Numbered from the stretch's first letter, positions 20,866 to 29,918 are shown. The stretch: DNA of 32,000 nt from Psychrobacter sp. DM4 (GCF_051307035.1 NZ_CP195536.1:300001-332000); one strand, 5' to 3'. The notes: a model not told the origin generated them from the sequence alone. Made by a program: numbers and translations.

Positions 20866-22266
20866 TTAAACTGTGGACGCAGGCGCAATCAGACGCCTAT
20901 CTTCACAAACTTGCTCTAAAGTTGTTATCTCCTTTTCAATCAGCGACAGCATATCTTGCACATGCGGCAAACGCTTACTACAAGCTGTGATACAGAACTC
21001 GATTCGATCAAGGTAGCTGGCAAGCGTAATATTAAGCGCTTGACCATTAACCAAAATAGACGCCGGATACAGAGCCTTTAGCAAAGCACCATTCCAATAC
21101 AGCTCTTTTTTGGAGCCTGGGACGTTGGAGATAATTAGGTTAAAGGCTTGTTTTTTGGGAAATAAACCAGTCAGCACGTTTAGTCCCTGCCATGCATAAG
21201 CAATAGCACTGTAGTTAATAACTTGAGCTTTATTCATCCGGCGAAAGCGGCGCTTGCCACTATTCATACTGTCGTGAATCAGCTGTAAGCGTCTGGCAGG
21301 ATCTGCTAAATGCGTACCTAAGTTTGCCATCAAAAATGAGATTTGATTACCAGAGGCACTTTCATCCCCGCGTAACGACATAGGCACAAAGGCAATAAGA
21401 GGCTTACTTGGCAGCGCATCCAAATCGAGCAAGTAGCGCCTAAGCGCGCCTGAACACACGGCGAGCACCACATCATTGATACTCATATCAAATTGCTCGG
21501 CTATCGTCTGAAACCGTTGCATATCATAAGACTGCGCTGCAATACGGCGCGAAGCTGAAATACGGTAATTAAGAATGCTCTTTGGCGCATCAAAGGTACC
21601 AACATAGTCCTCATCACCGCTGTGCTTAAAATTGTCCATCAGCTCAGTGAACACAGGCTTGATAGTCGATAGCTGCTCTTTTATCATACGTCGAGTGGAC
21701 TGAACTTCGGGGATGAGCTTATCTTTGTCACTATGGCGAGTAACCATCGACCATATCGGTAGAGACACAGGATCGACTGGCGACTGAGATAAGGTTTTTT
21801 GGACAATACGCATGGCCGCAATGCCATCAACTAAAGAATGATGAATCTTGATATATAACGCAAAACGTCCAGGTTGTCCTTCTGACTCAGGCAAAATACC
21901 TTCGATCACATGGCATTCCCACAGCGGCATCGCGCGATCGAGCAGGCGACTGTGCTCTTTTGATATGTACATGAGTAGCTCGCGAACGCGGCCGGGACTC
22001 GGTAGTGCAACGTGGCGAAAATGATGCTCGACATCGAACTCATCATCTTCTTTCCAAAACAGTAGATTCTCTAACACTTGGTTAAAAGGAAAGCTTGGCG
22101 GTACTGTTGACGTTTGCATTTGCTGCACAAGATTGTATACAAAATCACTGTTCGGACCTTGCTCGTCCTCTGGCAGCTCAAACAAAAATAAGCCACCGAC
22201 ATGCATCGGCTGCCTGCGCGACTCCAAAAGTAAAAACAACTGGTCGACGGCTGTCATTAGTCGCAT
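20866..22266 (-). CDS. Wax ester synthase / acyl-CoA:diacylglycerol acyltransferase (WS/DGAT, AtfA-like)
   Basis: The 466-aa product has the N-terminus DQLFLLLESRRQPMHVGGL and the catalytic HHSLVDGIAAM (HHxxxDG) motif characteristic of bacterial WS/DGAT. Confidence 0.88.
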   Translation of the reverse strand: MRLMTAVDQLFLLLESRRQPMHVGGLFLFELPEDEQGPNSDFVYNLVQQMQTSTVPPSFPFNQVLENLLFWKEDDEFDVEHHFRHVALPSPGRVRELLMYISKEHSRLLDRAMPLWECHVIEGILPESEGQPGRFALYIKIHHSLVDGIAAMRIVQKTLSQSPVDPVSLPIWSMVTRHSDKDKLIPEVQSTRRMIKEQLSTIKPVFTELMDNFKHSGDEDYVGTFDAPKSILNYRISASRRIAAQSYDMQRFQTIAEQFDMSINDVVLAVCSGALRRYLLDLDALPSKPLIAFVPMSLRGDESASGNQISFLMANLGTHLADPARRLQLIHDSMNSGKRRFRRMNKAQVINYSAIAYAWQGLNVLTGLFPKKQAFNLIISNVPGSKKELYWNGALLKALYPASILVNGQALNITLASYLDRIEFCITACSKRLPHVQDMLSLIEKEITTLEQVCEDRRLIAPASTV

Positions 22267-22542
22267 AATAAATCCTTTTATGGCGATAAGTAATAGGTTA
22301 CAACTATAGCGTAAAAATAGTGGAACGGGTATAGAAAACGAGCGTTAAAAAGCAGTGCTGCGCCGCTATCCTCATACTAATATGATAGTGGCGATCAAAG
22401 CCTGCTTTGATTAAGCGCAGTTTATAACAAAATGCTATTATAACAAACTTGCAGGCGCTCACTGCTGGTAATTATCTACCTATGCGTTCTGTCTACATTT
22501 GAACAAGGGTTTGACCCACACTCTGACTATCAGGTCGCTTTT

Positions 22543-24075
22543 ATGATGCCACTGCCGTACAGTTTTGCAAAACGCCATCAGCTTTTAGTCGTGCTCGCTA
22601 TCGACCCTGAGGTGCCGCCAACCTTGGTACTAACCAAAGCAACGCCTTTGTCTGCTATTAATGAGGCGATGCGGTTTTTGCAGCAGCAAGGCGTGCGCAG
22701 TATACCCAATTATGAAAGTATTGACACAGATAACTTTGAAAAAAGGCTCAATGCGCTCTACGCCAATAATACGGGCGAATCTCAACATATCGCCGCCGGT
22801 TTAGAGGATCATCCTGATCTAGATAGCCTAGCCGATAGCGTTCCTGAAACTGAAGATCTCATGGATAGCCAAGACGACGCGCCCATCATTCGCCTGATCA
22901 ATGCGCTACTGTCCGAAGCCATTCGCCTAAGTGCGTCAGACATTCATATCGAAACCTTTGAGAAGCGCTTGGTGGTTCGTTTTCGCGTCGATGGAGAGCT
23001 CAAAGAAATCATCACTCCAAAACGTCAACTAGCGCCGCTTTTGGTGTCACGAATAAAGGTCATGGCCAAGCTCGATATCGCCGAAAAGCGCGTACCGCAG
23101 GATGGACGTATTAGCTTGCGGCTAGCAGGGCGTGAGGTTGATGTGCGCGTATCAACGCTGCCATCAAGTTTCGGTGAGCGCGTGGTGATGCGTTTGCTTG
23201 ATAAGCAAGCAGGCCGATTAAATATGACTTATTTAGGACTTGCAGATAACGATTATACCGAGCTCAAACGTCTGATTCATCGCCCGCACGGTATCATCTT
23301 GGTCACAGGGCCTACCGGTTCAGGCAAGACGACGACGCTATATTCAGCACTTACTGACCTCAATGATCAAACGCGTAACATCTTGACCGCAGAGGACCCG
23401 ATTGAATTTCAGCTAGATGGCATTGGACAGACGCAGGTTAATAGCAAGGTCGATATGACCTTTGCTAAGAGCCTACGTGCGATGCTTCGTCAAGATCCTG
23501 ATGTGGTGATGGTCGGTGAGATTCGTGATATCGAGACCGCTGAGATTGCAGTGCAAGCGTCACTAACGGGACATTTGGTGCTCTCAACGTTACACACTAA
23601 TACCGCAATCGGTGCGGTTACGCGCTTGCAGGACATGGGTGTTGAACCATTTTTATTGTCTTCGTCCTTGATTGGTGTAGTGGCGCAGCGACTAGTACGT
23701 ACGCTGTGTACTCATTGTCATACTTGGCAAATAGCGGATAGTGAACAGACCAAACTCTTTGATGAAATCAACTTAGATGTAAGCATGAACGAGGGTGTTA
23801 TTAAGCTACCAAAACCTGTCGGCTGTGATAAGTGCAATCAGTCCGGATTTAAAGGACGTACGGCGATATATGAGGTCGTGCCCATCGATGATCCTTTGCG
23901 CCGAATGATACATAGCAATACCGCTGAGTACGAGCTTGAAGCCTATGCTCGCTTGCAAACGCCATCGATTCGCGCAGATGGCTTGCACAAAGTAATAGCA
24001 GGACGAACGACATTGGAAGAGGTGTTGCGAGTGACCAAAGAGAGCGCTACAACTGATGATATTGTTATCGGGTAG
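22543..24075 (+). CDS. gspE: Type II secretion system ATPase GspE
   Basis: The N-terminus LPYSFAKRHQLLV is a GspE N1 domain. Walker A is GPTGSGKTT. The Asp box, Walker B and His box (MVGEIRD.ETA..A..A..TGHLVLSTLHTN) and a tetracysteine CTHC...CDKC motif are all present. Confidence 0.9.
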   Translation: MMPLPYSFAKRHQLLVVLAIDPEVPPTLVLTKATPLSAINEAMRFLQQQGVRSIPNYESIDTDNFEKRLNALYANNTGESQHIAAGLEDHPDLDSLADSVPETEDLMDSQDDAPIIRLINALLSEAIRLSASDIHIETFEKRLVVRFRVDGELKEIITPKRQLAPLLVSRIKVMAKLDIAEKRVPQDGRISLRLAGREVDVRVSTLPSSFGERVVMRLLDKQAGRLNMTYLGLADNDYTELKRLIHRPHGIILVTGPTGSGKTTTLYSALTDLNDQTRNILTAEDPIEFQLDGIGQTQVNSKVDMTFAKSLRAMLRQDPDVVMVGEIRDIETAEIAVQASLTGHLVLSTLHTNTAIGAVTRLQDMGVEPFLLSSSLIGVVAQRLVRTLCTHCHTWQIADSEQTKLFDEINLDVSMNEGVIKLPKPVGCDKCNQSGFKGRTAIYEVVPIDDPLRRMIHSNTAEYELEAYARLQTPSIRADGLHKVIAGRTTLEEVLRVTKESATTDDIVIG

Positions 24076-24131
24076 TAGGACTAAAGCCCAAACGTTTTAT
24101 CGATTAGGCCTGTTTACTCTTATTATATACT

Positions 24132-24860
24132 TTATAGATTCTCGTCTTTCTTATCGTCATCTGCGTGATCGCTCTGCTCATTGTCACTCTGAGTATTAGC
24201 GTCAAGCGTTGTGTCTGAGGAGTTATCAGTCTTGCCTTGGCGCCGTGCTTCCAGCTCAGATTTAGGTATCCATGCCCATAGCATCTCGACGGTAATAGGG
24301 TCACGATCGCTATCAGACTCACGATCCTCAATAACACAAGGAATGACCATTTCGCCTTTTGGGGTATCCAAGATATGTTGGCGCTGCTCATCAGAGAGAC
24401 TGGCTACCGCGGCGATTTGACCTTTTTTGATGGGTCGATAGAAATTTACTGAGTAAGATTTTATCAATAGCACTCGATCAGAGGGCAGATTCAAACCCAA
24501 AATAAACCCAGTCGCTGTCTCTGCTAGTAAAGTAATTGCCACCGCATGAATAGAGCCAATATGGTTTTGTACCGCTTTGTCATTGTCTAAGCTGACGATG
24601 ACTTGGTTAGGATCAACGGTCTCATAGCAGATACCTGTCGTACCGACATAAGGCACCACTTTGCCAAAGGCTTTTGATAAAATCTTGGAGCGCGCCGCTG
24701 ATGGTAAATACTTGGTGATAGATAACAGCTTGGTAAATTGATTATTAATAGGCTTTAAGCTGCTTTTTGGTTGATCCAATTGCATGCTAGTAGTATCAGA
24801 TACTTTGACTGGTAGTTTTTTGGCCAGCTTTTTTGGTAACTTTTTAAATAATCCTGACAT
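24132..24860 (-). CDS. Hotdog-fold thioesterase-like protein (DUF4442/PaaI-like core) with a basic N-terminus and an acidic C-terminal tail
   Basis: The core NHIGSIHAVAITLLAETATGFILGL...SYSVNFYRPIKKG resembles the DUF4442/YiiD-C hotdog pattern. The N-terminus is MSGLFKKLPKKLAKKLPVK. The tail is ...DNEQSDHADDDKKDENL. Confidence 0.65.
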   Translation of the reverse strand: MSGLFKKLPKKLAKKLPVKVSDTTSMQLDQPKSSLKPINNQFTKLLSITKYLPSAARSKILSKAFGKVVPYVGTTGICYETVDPNQVIVSLDNDKAVQNHIGSIHAVAITLLAETATGFILGLNLPSDRVLLIKSYSVNFYRPIKKGQIAAVASLSDEQRQHILDTPKGEMVIPCVIEDRESDSDRDPITVEMLWAWIPKSELEARRQGKTDNSSDTTLDANTQSDNEQSDHADDDKKDENL

Positions 24861-25114
24861 ACAAGATCCCTCAAATTGAGCATAATGATAGATTGAATAT
24901 ACTGTAGCTTAGCGCGCTTAACTTAACGAGCTTGAATCTAGCAACTATAAACTTATCGACGCCAAAACTAGCCATTTTAAATCTAGAGCGCTTAACTTTA
25001 GCAAACTAAGCTGATAACAGTATTGATAAACATATTACCTCAATCGATATCGGTCTGTCATTTTTACCTTGAACTTAGGCGCTCATATAGTCGCCATCTA
25101 TACCCCTTATCTCA

Positions 25115-26518
25115 ATGAACCTACTGGAGCCTGATTTGCCAACTCTCCCTACCAATATTATTTATACTGGCGTCGCAGGTACCGGCAAAACTCACCGTTT
25201 ACTACAAATAGCTCAGCAGTATACTGACTACCTACCGCACATAGATAGCGAGCATTTGCTTATGCAGCTATTACAAGAGCGCAGCTGGCGCGAGGTGATT
25301 TGTCTTGTTTTTTTGGAGAGGCAAATCCAAGGACAGGACTTGATCAAAGTGCCAGAGCTGATAGAGCATGAGTTTTTTTGGGCCAAAGCGGCGCAAAACG
25401 AGCGTGATAAACATTTAGGCAGCACCGCTTGGTCGGTGCTACAAATGCACAGCCCAGTAGAGTCAAAAACGGTCAGTATCGACAATAGAGCGGGGCAAGC
25501 TTACTTTGACAAAAGTGACAGCGGCGCTTGGTATTTATTGCCAGATATTGCGTCACTATCTGTGCTAAAACAGCAACTACAAGAGTATCAGCAAGCGTGC
25601 GCTGACACTACCTCAACGGCGTTATACCAACAGCGCTATAGCATGGTCAGCTTTCATCAAGCTTATGGTTACGAGGAGTTTGTAGAGGGGATAAGGCCTG
25701 TTGTTAGTGCAAACAAGCCATCGCAAGTGAGCTACGACATTCAGGACGGGGCATTCTTAAAACTATGCCAGCGTGCGCTACGTGACCCCGAACAGCGCTA
25801 TGCTATCTTGATCGATGAGATCAACCGCGCCAATGTCTCACGTGTATTTGGTGAGCTGCTGAGTCTCATTGAACCTGATAAGCGCTTGGGTTTGCCTAAT
25901 GCAATGACTGTCAATTTGGCTTATTCTGGGCGAGCCTTTGGTGTACCTGCCAATGTCGATATCTACGCCACGATGAACACTCAAGATCATTCGCTTGCGC
26001 CGCTAGATATGGCATTGCGTCGACGTTTTCGTTTTATCGATTGTCCGCCGCAGCCTGCATTGTTATCCATAATACAGGTGCCTGATACTACAAAAAGCGG
26101 CGCAGATGAGATCGATCTGAGCAAAATATTATCAGGTATAAATACTCGTGTCATACAGACGCTTGGGTCTGATGCGCAGCTGGGTCATGCGTTCTTATGG
26201 TCTGTGACGACCCTTGAGCAGTTACAAAGCGCACTGATCGAGCAAATCATTCCTCAGTTAGTGCAAGCGGCTGATGGGCAGCTCACTATTTTGCAGTATA
26301 TCTTGAATGATGAGCAGCAGCCTACAAGCGCGCAGTTTATTCAAGATCACCATTCGTTATTAGAGACGAGCGATACTTCTTTAAGACAGCAAAGCCCTAT
26401 GAACCAAAACGCGTTCTTAGGGCAGTCTATGAGCCTAAGTAGTTATACGATTAATGCTGAGCTTATCGCTAGGAGTGGCGAATTTGCCAAGCCGTTCGTT
26501 TATCAGCGCCTTTATTAA
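25115..26518 (+). CDS. mcrB: McrB-like AAA+ GTPase subunit of a type IV (modification-dependent) restriction system, with atypical architecture
   Basis: Walker A GVAGTGKT lies at residues 19-26. The McrB-family blocks follow later: FHQAYGYEEFVEGIRP, Walker B AILIDEINRANVSRVFGELLSLIEPDKR, NTxD-type ATMNTQDHS and ALRRRFRFI. An in-frame TAG at 25088-25090 prevents any N-terminal extension. Confidence 0.85.
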   Translation: MNLLEPDLPTLPTNIIYTGVAGTGKTHRLLQIAQQYTDYLPHIDSEHLLMQLLQERSWREVICLVFLERQIQGQDLIKVPELIEHEFFWAKAAQNERDKHLGSTAWSVLQMHSPVESKTVSIDNRAGQAYFDKSDSGAWYLLPDIASLSVLKQQLQEYQQACADTTSTALYQQRYSMVSFHQAYGYEEFVEGIRPVVSANKPSQVSYDIQDGAFLKLCQRALRDPEQRYAILIDEINRANVSRVFGELLSLIEPDKRLGLPNAMTVNLAYSGRAFGVPANVDIYATMNTQDHSLAPLDMALRRRFRFIDCPPQPALLSIIQVPDTTKSGADEIDLSKILSGINTRVIQTLGSDAQLGHAFLWSVTTLEQLQSALIEQIIPQLVQAADGQLTILQYILNDEQQPTSAQFIQDHHSLLETSDTSLRQQSPMNQNAFLGQSMSLSSYTINAELIARSGEFAKPFVYQRLY

Positions 26519-26539
26519 TTCAGTGAATACGGCTCAAAT

Positions 26540-27964
26540 ATGAACAGCTTCTCAACGATCACAGTCTTTGAACATCAGTATTTAACAGAGCGAGATTTTG
26601 TATGGACGACAGATTTTGATTGGCTACTAAGCGAAGAATTAACAGTATTTACTATCAAGCGCAAACAAGGTCAATGGCAGCTCAAAGTAGGACATTATGT
26701 AGGCATTGTTTTGCTGCCAAGTGGTAGTATGCTTGAGATTTTGCCCAAACCTATCATAGAAGATGAAGGGGTAGATAAGACGAATAATAGCCTCGCACAG
26801 ACGCGCCTATGGGTACAAGCTATGCTAATAGCGCTCACTGATTCCAACCAATTTTCACGTAGCACCAAGAATTTTGGGCACTTAAGCGCGCATTTAGCGC
26901 CCTTTGCTTCGAGAGCATCACCAACAGCGCCTCCGTTATCAGAATGGCTAGTTACCCAGTTCCTTCAGCACCTGTCTTATTATCGACCAAGTAGCCAGTA
27001 TCAAACGCAGATCCGCAATGAGACACTTATGCAAGGTAAGCTGATGATTAAGGAGCAGCTCAAACGCAATAGCCATCAGCCGCACAAGTTTGTCTGTAAC
27101 GTTAGTACGCTAGGCCAAGACGCTATCGCTAATCGTTTGATTAAGAGCGCGCTTGTGCTGCTTGAGCCTTTGCTAGATAAGTCTATGCCAATGACCGTAT
27201 TGCGACCGTGGCGACAAATAGTAGCGCTTGATCGTCATGAGCGCTATCAGCTGGACAAGGTATACAAACAGGCAAAGTATCAACTCGTCAGTCAGTCGCT
27301 AGGGTTACCTCAGCGGCGCGGCGCGCAGCAGCTGTTAGATTTGGCTTACTGGTTACTCAAGCAATCGGATATGGAGGCAGGTAGCGGCCTTAATGGTCAA
27401 AGCAAGTTTGGCTCATCCAAAATGCGCTTGTGTATCCTTTTCAATATGAACCAAGCCTTTGAGCAGTGGGCAAGCCTGAGTATCGCAGCTAGGCTTAGGA
27501 CTATTAATCCCAACTACGAGCCACTGTATCAAGCGCAGAGCCTATGGCTGAGTGATGAGGCAGGGCAGACTCGGTTGTCCATGCGACCTGATTTGTTGAT
27601 CCGTCACAAAGATCTCAAATCTCAGCACCTGATAGCTAAAGCCGATACAAATCTAGAGAATCGTTGTAGCCACGTGATCGATATCAAATGGAAGGCTATA
27701 ACCCAAGCGGGCGCAATAAAAACTGGCGATGCCTATCAGCTAACCAGCTACGCGCAGGCTTATCGAGCCAAACACATCTGGCTTGTATACCCCGTACTAG
27801 GTGATGGTAGGCAACCTATGGCGCTGCAGCAACGACACAACATAGAGTCAAGGCAACAAGACAAGACTCAAAACCCACCTTTTGTTAAGCTATGGCTTAT
27901 GCCGTTCAATGTGCTAAAAGGTGAGCTCAATGGCGAATTTGTCAGTGACCATCCTTATAAGTAA
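26540..27964 (+). CDS. mcrC: McrC-like subunit with a C-terminal PD-(D/E)xK nuclease
   Basis: It starts 21 nt downstream of mcrB. ANRLIKSALVLLEPLL parallels E. coli McrC ANRIIKSTLAIL. The C-terminal MRPDLLI...HVIDIKWK...AYQLTSYAQAY...IWLVYP parallels METDITI...IVDAKYY...LYQLMNYL...LLIYP, the D...DxK nuclease core. The N-terminal LPSGSMLEILPK block is also present. Confidence 0.8.
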   Translation: MNSFSTITVFEHQYLTERDFVWTTDFDWLLSEELTVFTIKRKQGQWQLKVGHYVGIVLLPSGSMLEILPKPIIEDEGVDKTNNSLAQTRLWVQAMLIALTDSNQFSRSTKNFGHLSAHLAPFASRASPTAPPLSEWLVTQFLQHLSYYRPSSQYQTQIRNETLMQGKLMIKEQLKRNSHQPHKFVCNVSTLGQDAIANRLIKSALVLLEPLLDKSMPMTVLRPWRQIVALDRHERYQLDKVYKQAKYQLVSQSLGLPQRRGAQQLLDLAYWLLKQSDMEAGSGLNGQSKFGSSKMRLCILFNMNQAFEQWASLSIAARLRTINPNYEPLYQAQSLWLSDEAGQTRLSMRPDLLIRHKDLKSQHLIAKADTNLENRCSHVIDIKWKAITQAGAIKTGDAYQLTSYAQAYRAKHIWLVYPVLGDGRQPMALQQRHNIESRQQDKTQNPPFVKLWLMPFNVLKGELNGEFVSDHPYK

Positions 27965-28047
27965 CACCGATAATCTTAAAAATAAGATATCAGCTGCTAC
28001 CTTGAGCTATGAATATAAAGCATTTATAAAATACTTAAAAATAGGTG

Positions 28048-28076
28048 TTGACACTATCAGCCTTAGCCCTTAATAT
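28048..28076 (+). promoter_or_regulatory. Near-consensus sigma70 promoter for the tRNA cluster
   Basis: TTGACA (28048-28053), an exactly 17-nt spacer and TAATAT (28071-28076) make up the promoter. An A/T-rich, UP-like stretch (AAAATACTTAAAAATAGG) lies immediately upstream. Confidence 0.7.
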
Positions 28077-28167
28077 ATGCACCTCGATAGCGATGATCGT
28101 TAGTCAGTTAGCAGCATTGCTGATAACGAGCTGAAGATTATCCTATAGTAGTAAAGATAGAGTACAT

Positions 28168-28244
<77 letters not shown>

Positions 28245-28255
28245 TCTATTTTGAG

Positions 28256-28275
28256 AGCCTTACAGGCTTTTTTTT
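28256..28275 (+). terminator. Short hairpin plus T-run after tRNA-Pro (weak terminator or processing signal)
   Basis: AGCCT-TAC-AGGCT is followed by T7-8. The stem is only 5 bp. Confidence 0.3.
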
Positions 28276-28331
28276 ATGTATAATGGTTTTGTTATCTTTT
28301 TTTAAACCTACTATATAAAAAGCCCTTAAGA

Positions 28332-28408
28332 GCGCCTGTAGCTCAGCTGGATAGAGCATCTCCCTTCTAAGGAGGTGGCCGCAGGTTCGAATCCTGCCAG
28401 GCGCACCA
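28332..28408 (+). tRNA. tRNA-Arg (anticodon UCU)
   Basis: Folded by hand: acceptor GCGCCTG/CAGGCGC, D-arm GCTC-AGCTGGATA-GAGC, anticodon stem TCTCC/GGAGG with loop CT-TCT-AA, T-arm GCAGG-TTCGAAT-CCTGC, and an encoded CCA. Confidence 0.92.
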
Positions 28409-28447
28409 TTTAGCCTGCAAATTTTGCCTATCGTTGGCATCAGTTAT

Positions 28448-28524
28448 GGCGGTTGTAGCTCAGTTGGTAGAGCCCCGGGTTGTGATCCTGGTGGTCGTGG
28501 GTTCGAGTCCCATCAGTCGCCCCA
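28448..28524 (+). tRNA. tRNA-His (anticodon GUG) with G-1
   Basis: Folded by hand: the extra 5' G (28448) opposes discriminator C, which is the His identity feature. The acceptor is GCGGTTG/CAGTCGC with two G-U pairs. The anticodon loop is TT-GTG-AT, the T-loop is GGTTCGAGTCC, and the CCA is encoded. Confidence 0.9.
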
Positions 28525-28759
28525 ATTATTTTATTCCCCTGATTTTTTCTACAAAATTATTTTACAAAACGCTTGCCTTTATTGGCAATTTTTTGCGTCT
28601 GCGTTTTGCTGTTTTTTTAAATACATGCTTTATCTTTGAACGATGCGACCAATCCTTGTAGCCGAATCGAAACCAATAGTCATTCAACGTATTTATGTTT
28701 TTAGTCTCTGTCCACTAGAATGGATTTGTATGGTTTAATAGGAGCTCGTTAGTTATCTT

Positions 28760-28771
28760 GGCAAGCTTGCC
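28760..28771. promoter_or_regulatory. Perfect 12-bp palindrome GGCAAGCTTGCC upstream of the AraC-family gene
   Basis: The palindrome was read directly. It is centred about 38 bp upstream of the ATG at 28804. A function as an operator is speculative. Confidence 0.25.
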
Positions 28772-28803
28772 TATTGATCATCGAACCACTAAGGGATAAA
28801 TAA

Positions 28804-29745
28804 ATGGACGCACTAAGTGTGTTGCTACAAAATGTGCATTTGTTTGAAACTAAGTATTACCGTCTAAATGGCACTGGTAATTGGTCTTTTTCTATTGATA
28901 GACAAGACTCCATCCTATTCTATGTTGTGCTATCTGGTAGTTTTTGCATCGATGTCGGCGATGAGATCCGCCAAGCAAAGGCTGGTGATACCATTATGCT
29001 ATCGAGCTCTGCTCATCACAGAAGCTATGCGCTAAATCATAACGGTAACGAAGCAAAGTCGTTAGACGACAGGCTCGCCAACTGTATCAATAATACTTTA
29101 GAGCTCGATAGCGGCGGCGACGCCAATGTCTCTATGATTTTGATTGAATGTCAATATGACAAAGAGATGGTACGTCCACTACTCTCTGTATTACCTTCCA
29201 TACTGCCTGAAGTCAATTCTGATTCTAACAGTCGATTTGAAGTCGTTGATGTCGAAATCAAACTACTAACCCTAGAATCACAGCGCGAGCGTATGGGCAA
29301 AACGGCGGTCATCAATCACTGGGCAAGCATTATGATGATTGAGAGCTTGCGGACTTATATAGAAAGCCTGCCTGAGGCTACAGACAACTGGCTTGGCGCT
29401 ATGAAAGATCCGTTTTTGACCAAAGCCTTGGCGGTGATGCACGACGCACCAGAGCATAGTTGGACTATTCATGGATTAGCTGAAGTTGCGGGTATGTCGC
29501 GATCAAGCTTCGCTCAGCGCTTCAAAGACGTGGTAGGCATGCCGCCGTTGACTTATTTGACCGATTATCGCTTGCGTTTAGCGGCGCGCTATTTGCGTTT
29601 GCAACAAAACAGTATCAGCCGTATCGGTGAGCTGGTAGGGTATGCCTCTGATTCAACTTTTAGTCAAGCGTTCAAGCGGGTTCATGGCATATCACCAAAA
29701 GCGTATCGCCAGCGTTATCTCAGAAAGCTTGTGACTAGTGATTAA
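28804..29745 (+). CDS. AraC/XylS-family transcriptional regulator with an N-terminal cupin-type sensor domain
   Basis: The N-terminus MDALSVLLQNVHL....YYRL...G.WSF is typical of the cupin_6/AraC_N class. The C-terminal double HTH reads W.I..LA..AGMSRS.FA.RFK...G..P..YL...RL..A...L......I..I...VGY.S.S.FS.AFKR..G.SP..YR. Confidence 0.88.
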   Translation: MDALSVLLQNVHLFETKYYRLNGTGNWSFSIDRQDSILFYVVLSGSFCIDVGDEIRQAKAGDTIMLSSSAHHRSYALNHNGNEAKSLDDRLANCINNTLELDSGGDANVSMILIECQYDKEMVRPLLSVLPSILPEVNSDSNSRFEVVDVEIKLLTLESQRERMGKTAVINHWASIMMIESLRTYIESLPEATDNWLGAMKDPFLTKALAVMHDAPEHSWTIHGLAEVAGMSRSSFAQRFKDVVGMPPLTYLTDYRLRLAARYLRLQQNSISRIGELVGYASDSTFSQAFKRVHGISPKAYRQRYLRKLVTSD

Positions 29746-29765
29746 TGTCTAAGCGTATTTAAATT

Positions 29766-29808
29766 AAAACGGTCATGTCAGGATTGTAGGTCTTGGCATG
29801 GCCGTTTT
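29766..29808 (+). terminator. Rho-independent-type terminator after the AraC-family gene
   Basis: AAAACGGTCATG ... CATGGCCGTTTT forms a 12-bp stem with one mismatch, a 19-nt loop and a TTTT tail. Confidence 0.55.
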
Positions 29809-29889
29809 GGTTATTCTTATATCAACCTTAAATGACAAGCCTACGTCCTTAAACCGCTGATTTTAAATTACTAATCACATCTGACATAG

Positions 29890-29918
29890 CTGACAACTTA
29901 CCTAGCTTCAGGTACTAT
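29890..29918 (+). promoter_or_regulatory. Candidate sigma70 promoter for the ORFan-gspF unit
   Basis: CTGACA (29890-29895), a 17-nt spacer and TACTAT (29913-29918) lie about 85 bp upstream of the ATG at 30003. Confidence 0.3.

Noticed and set aside
20790-20990. 66-aa ORF starting inside the suhB/WS-DGAT terminator.
   Set aside because: It begins within the terminator hairpin and runs antisense into the 3' end of the WS/DGAT gene, so it is a spurious call.
28246-28661. ORFs 28246..28440 (-), 28424..28639 (+) and 28434..28661 (+).
   Set aside because: They overlap the three tRNA genes, and their translations are simply read-through of tRNA sequence and AT-rich spacer.
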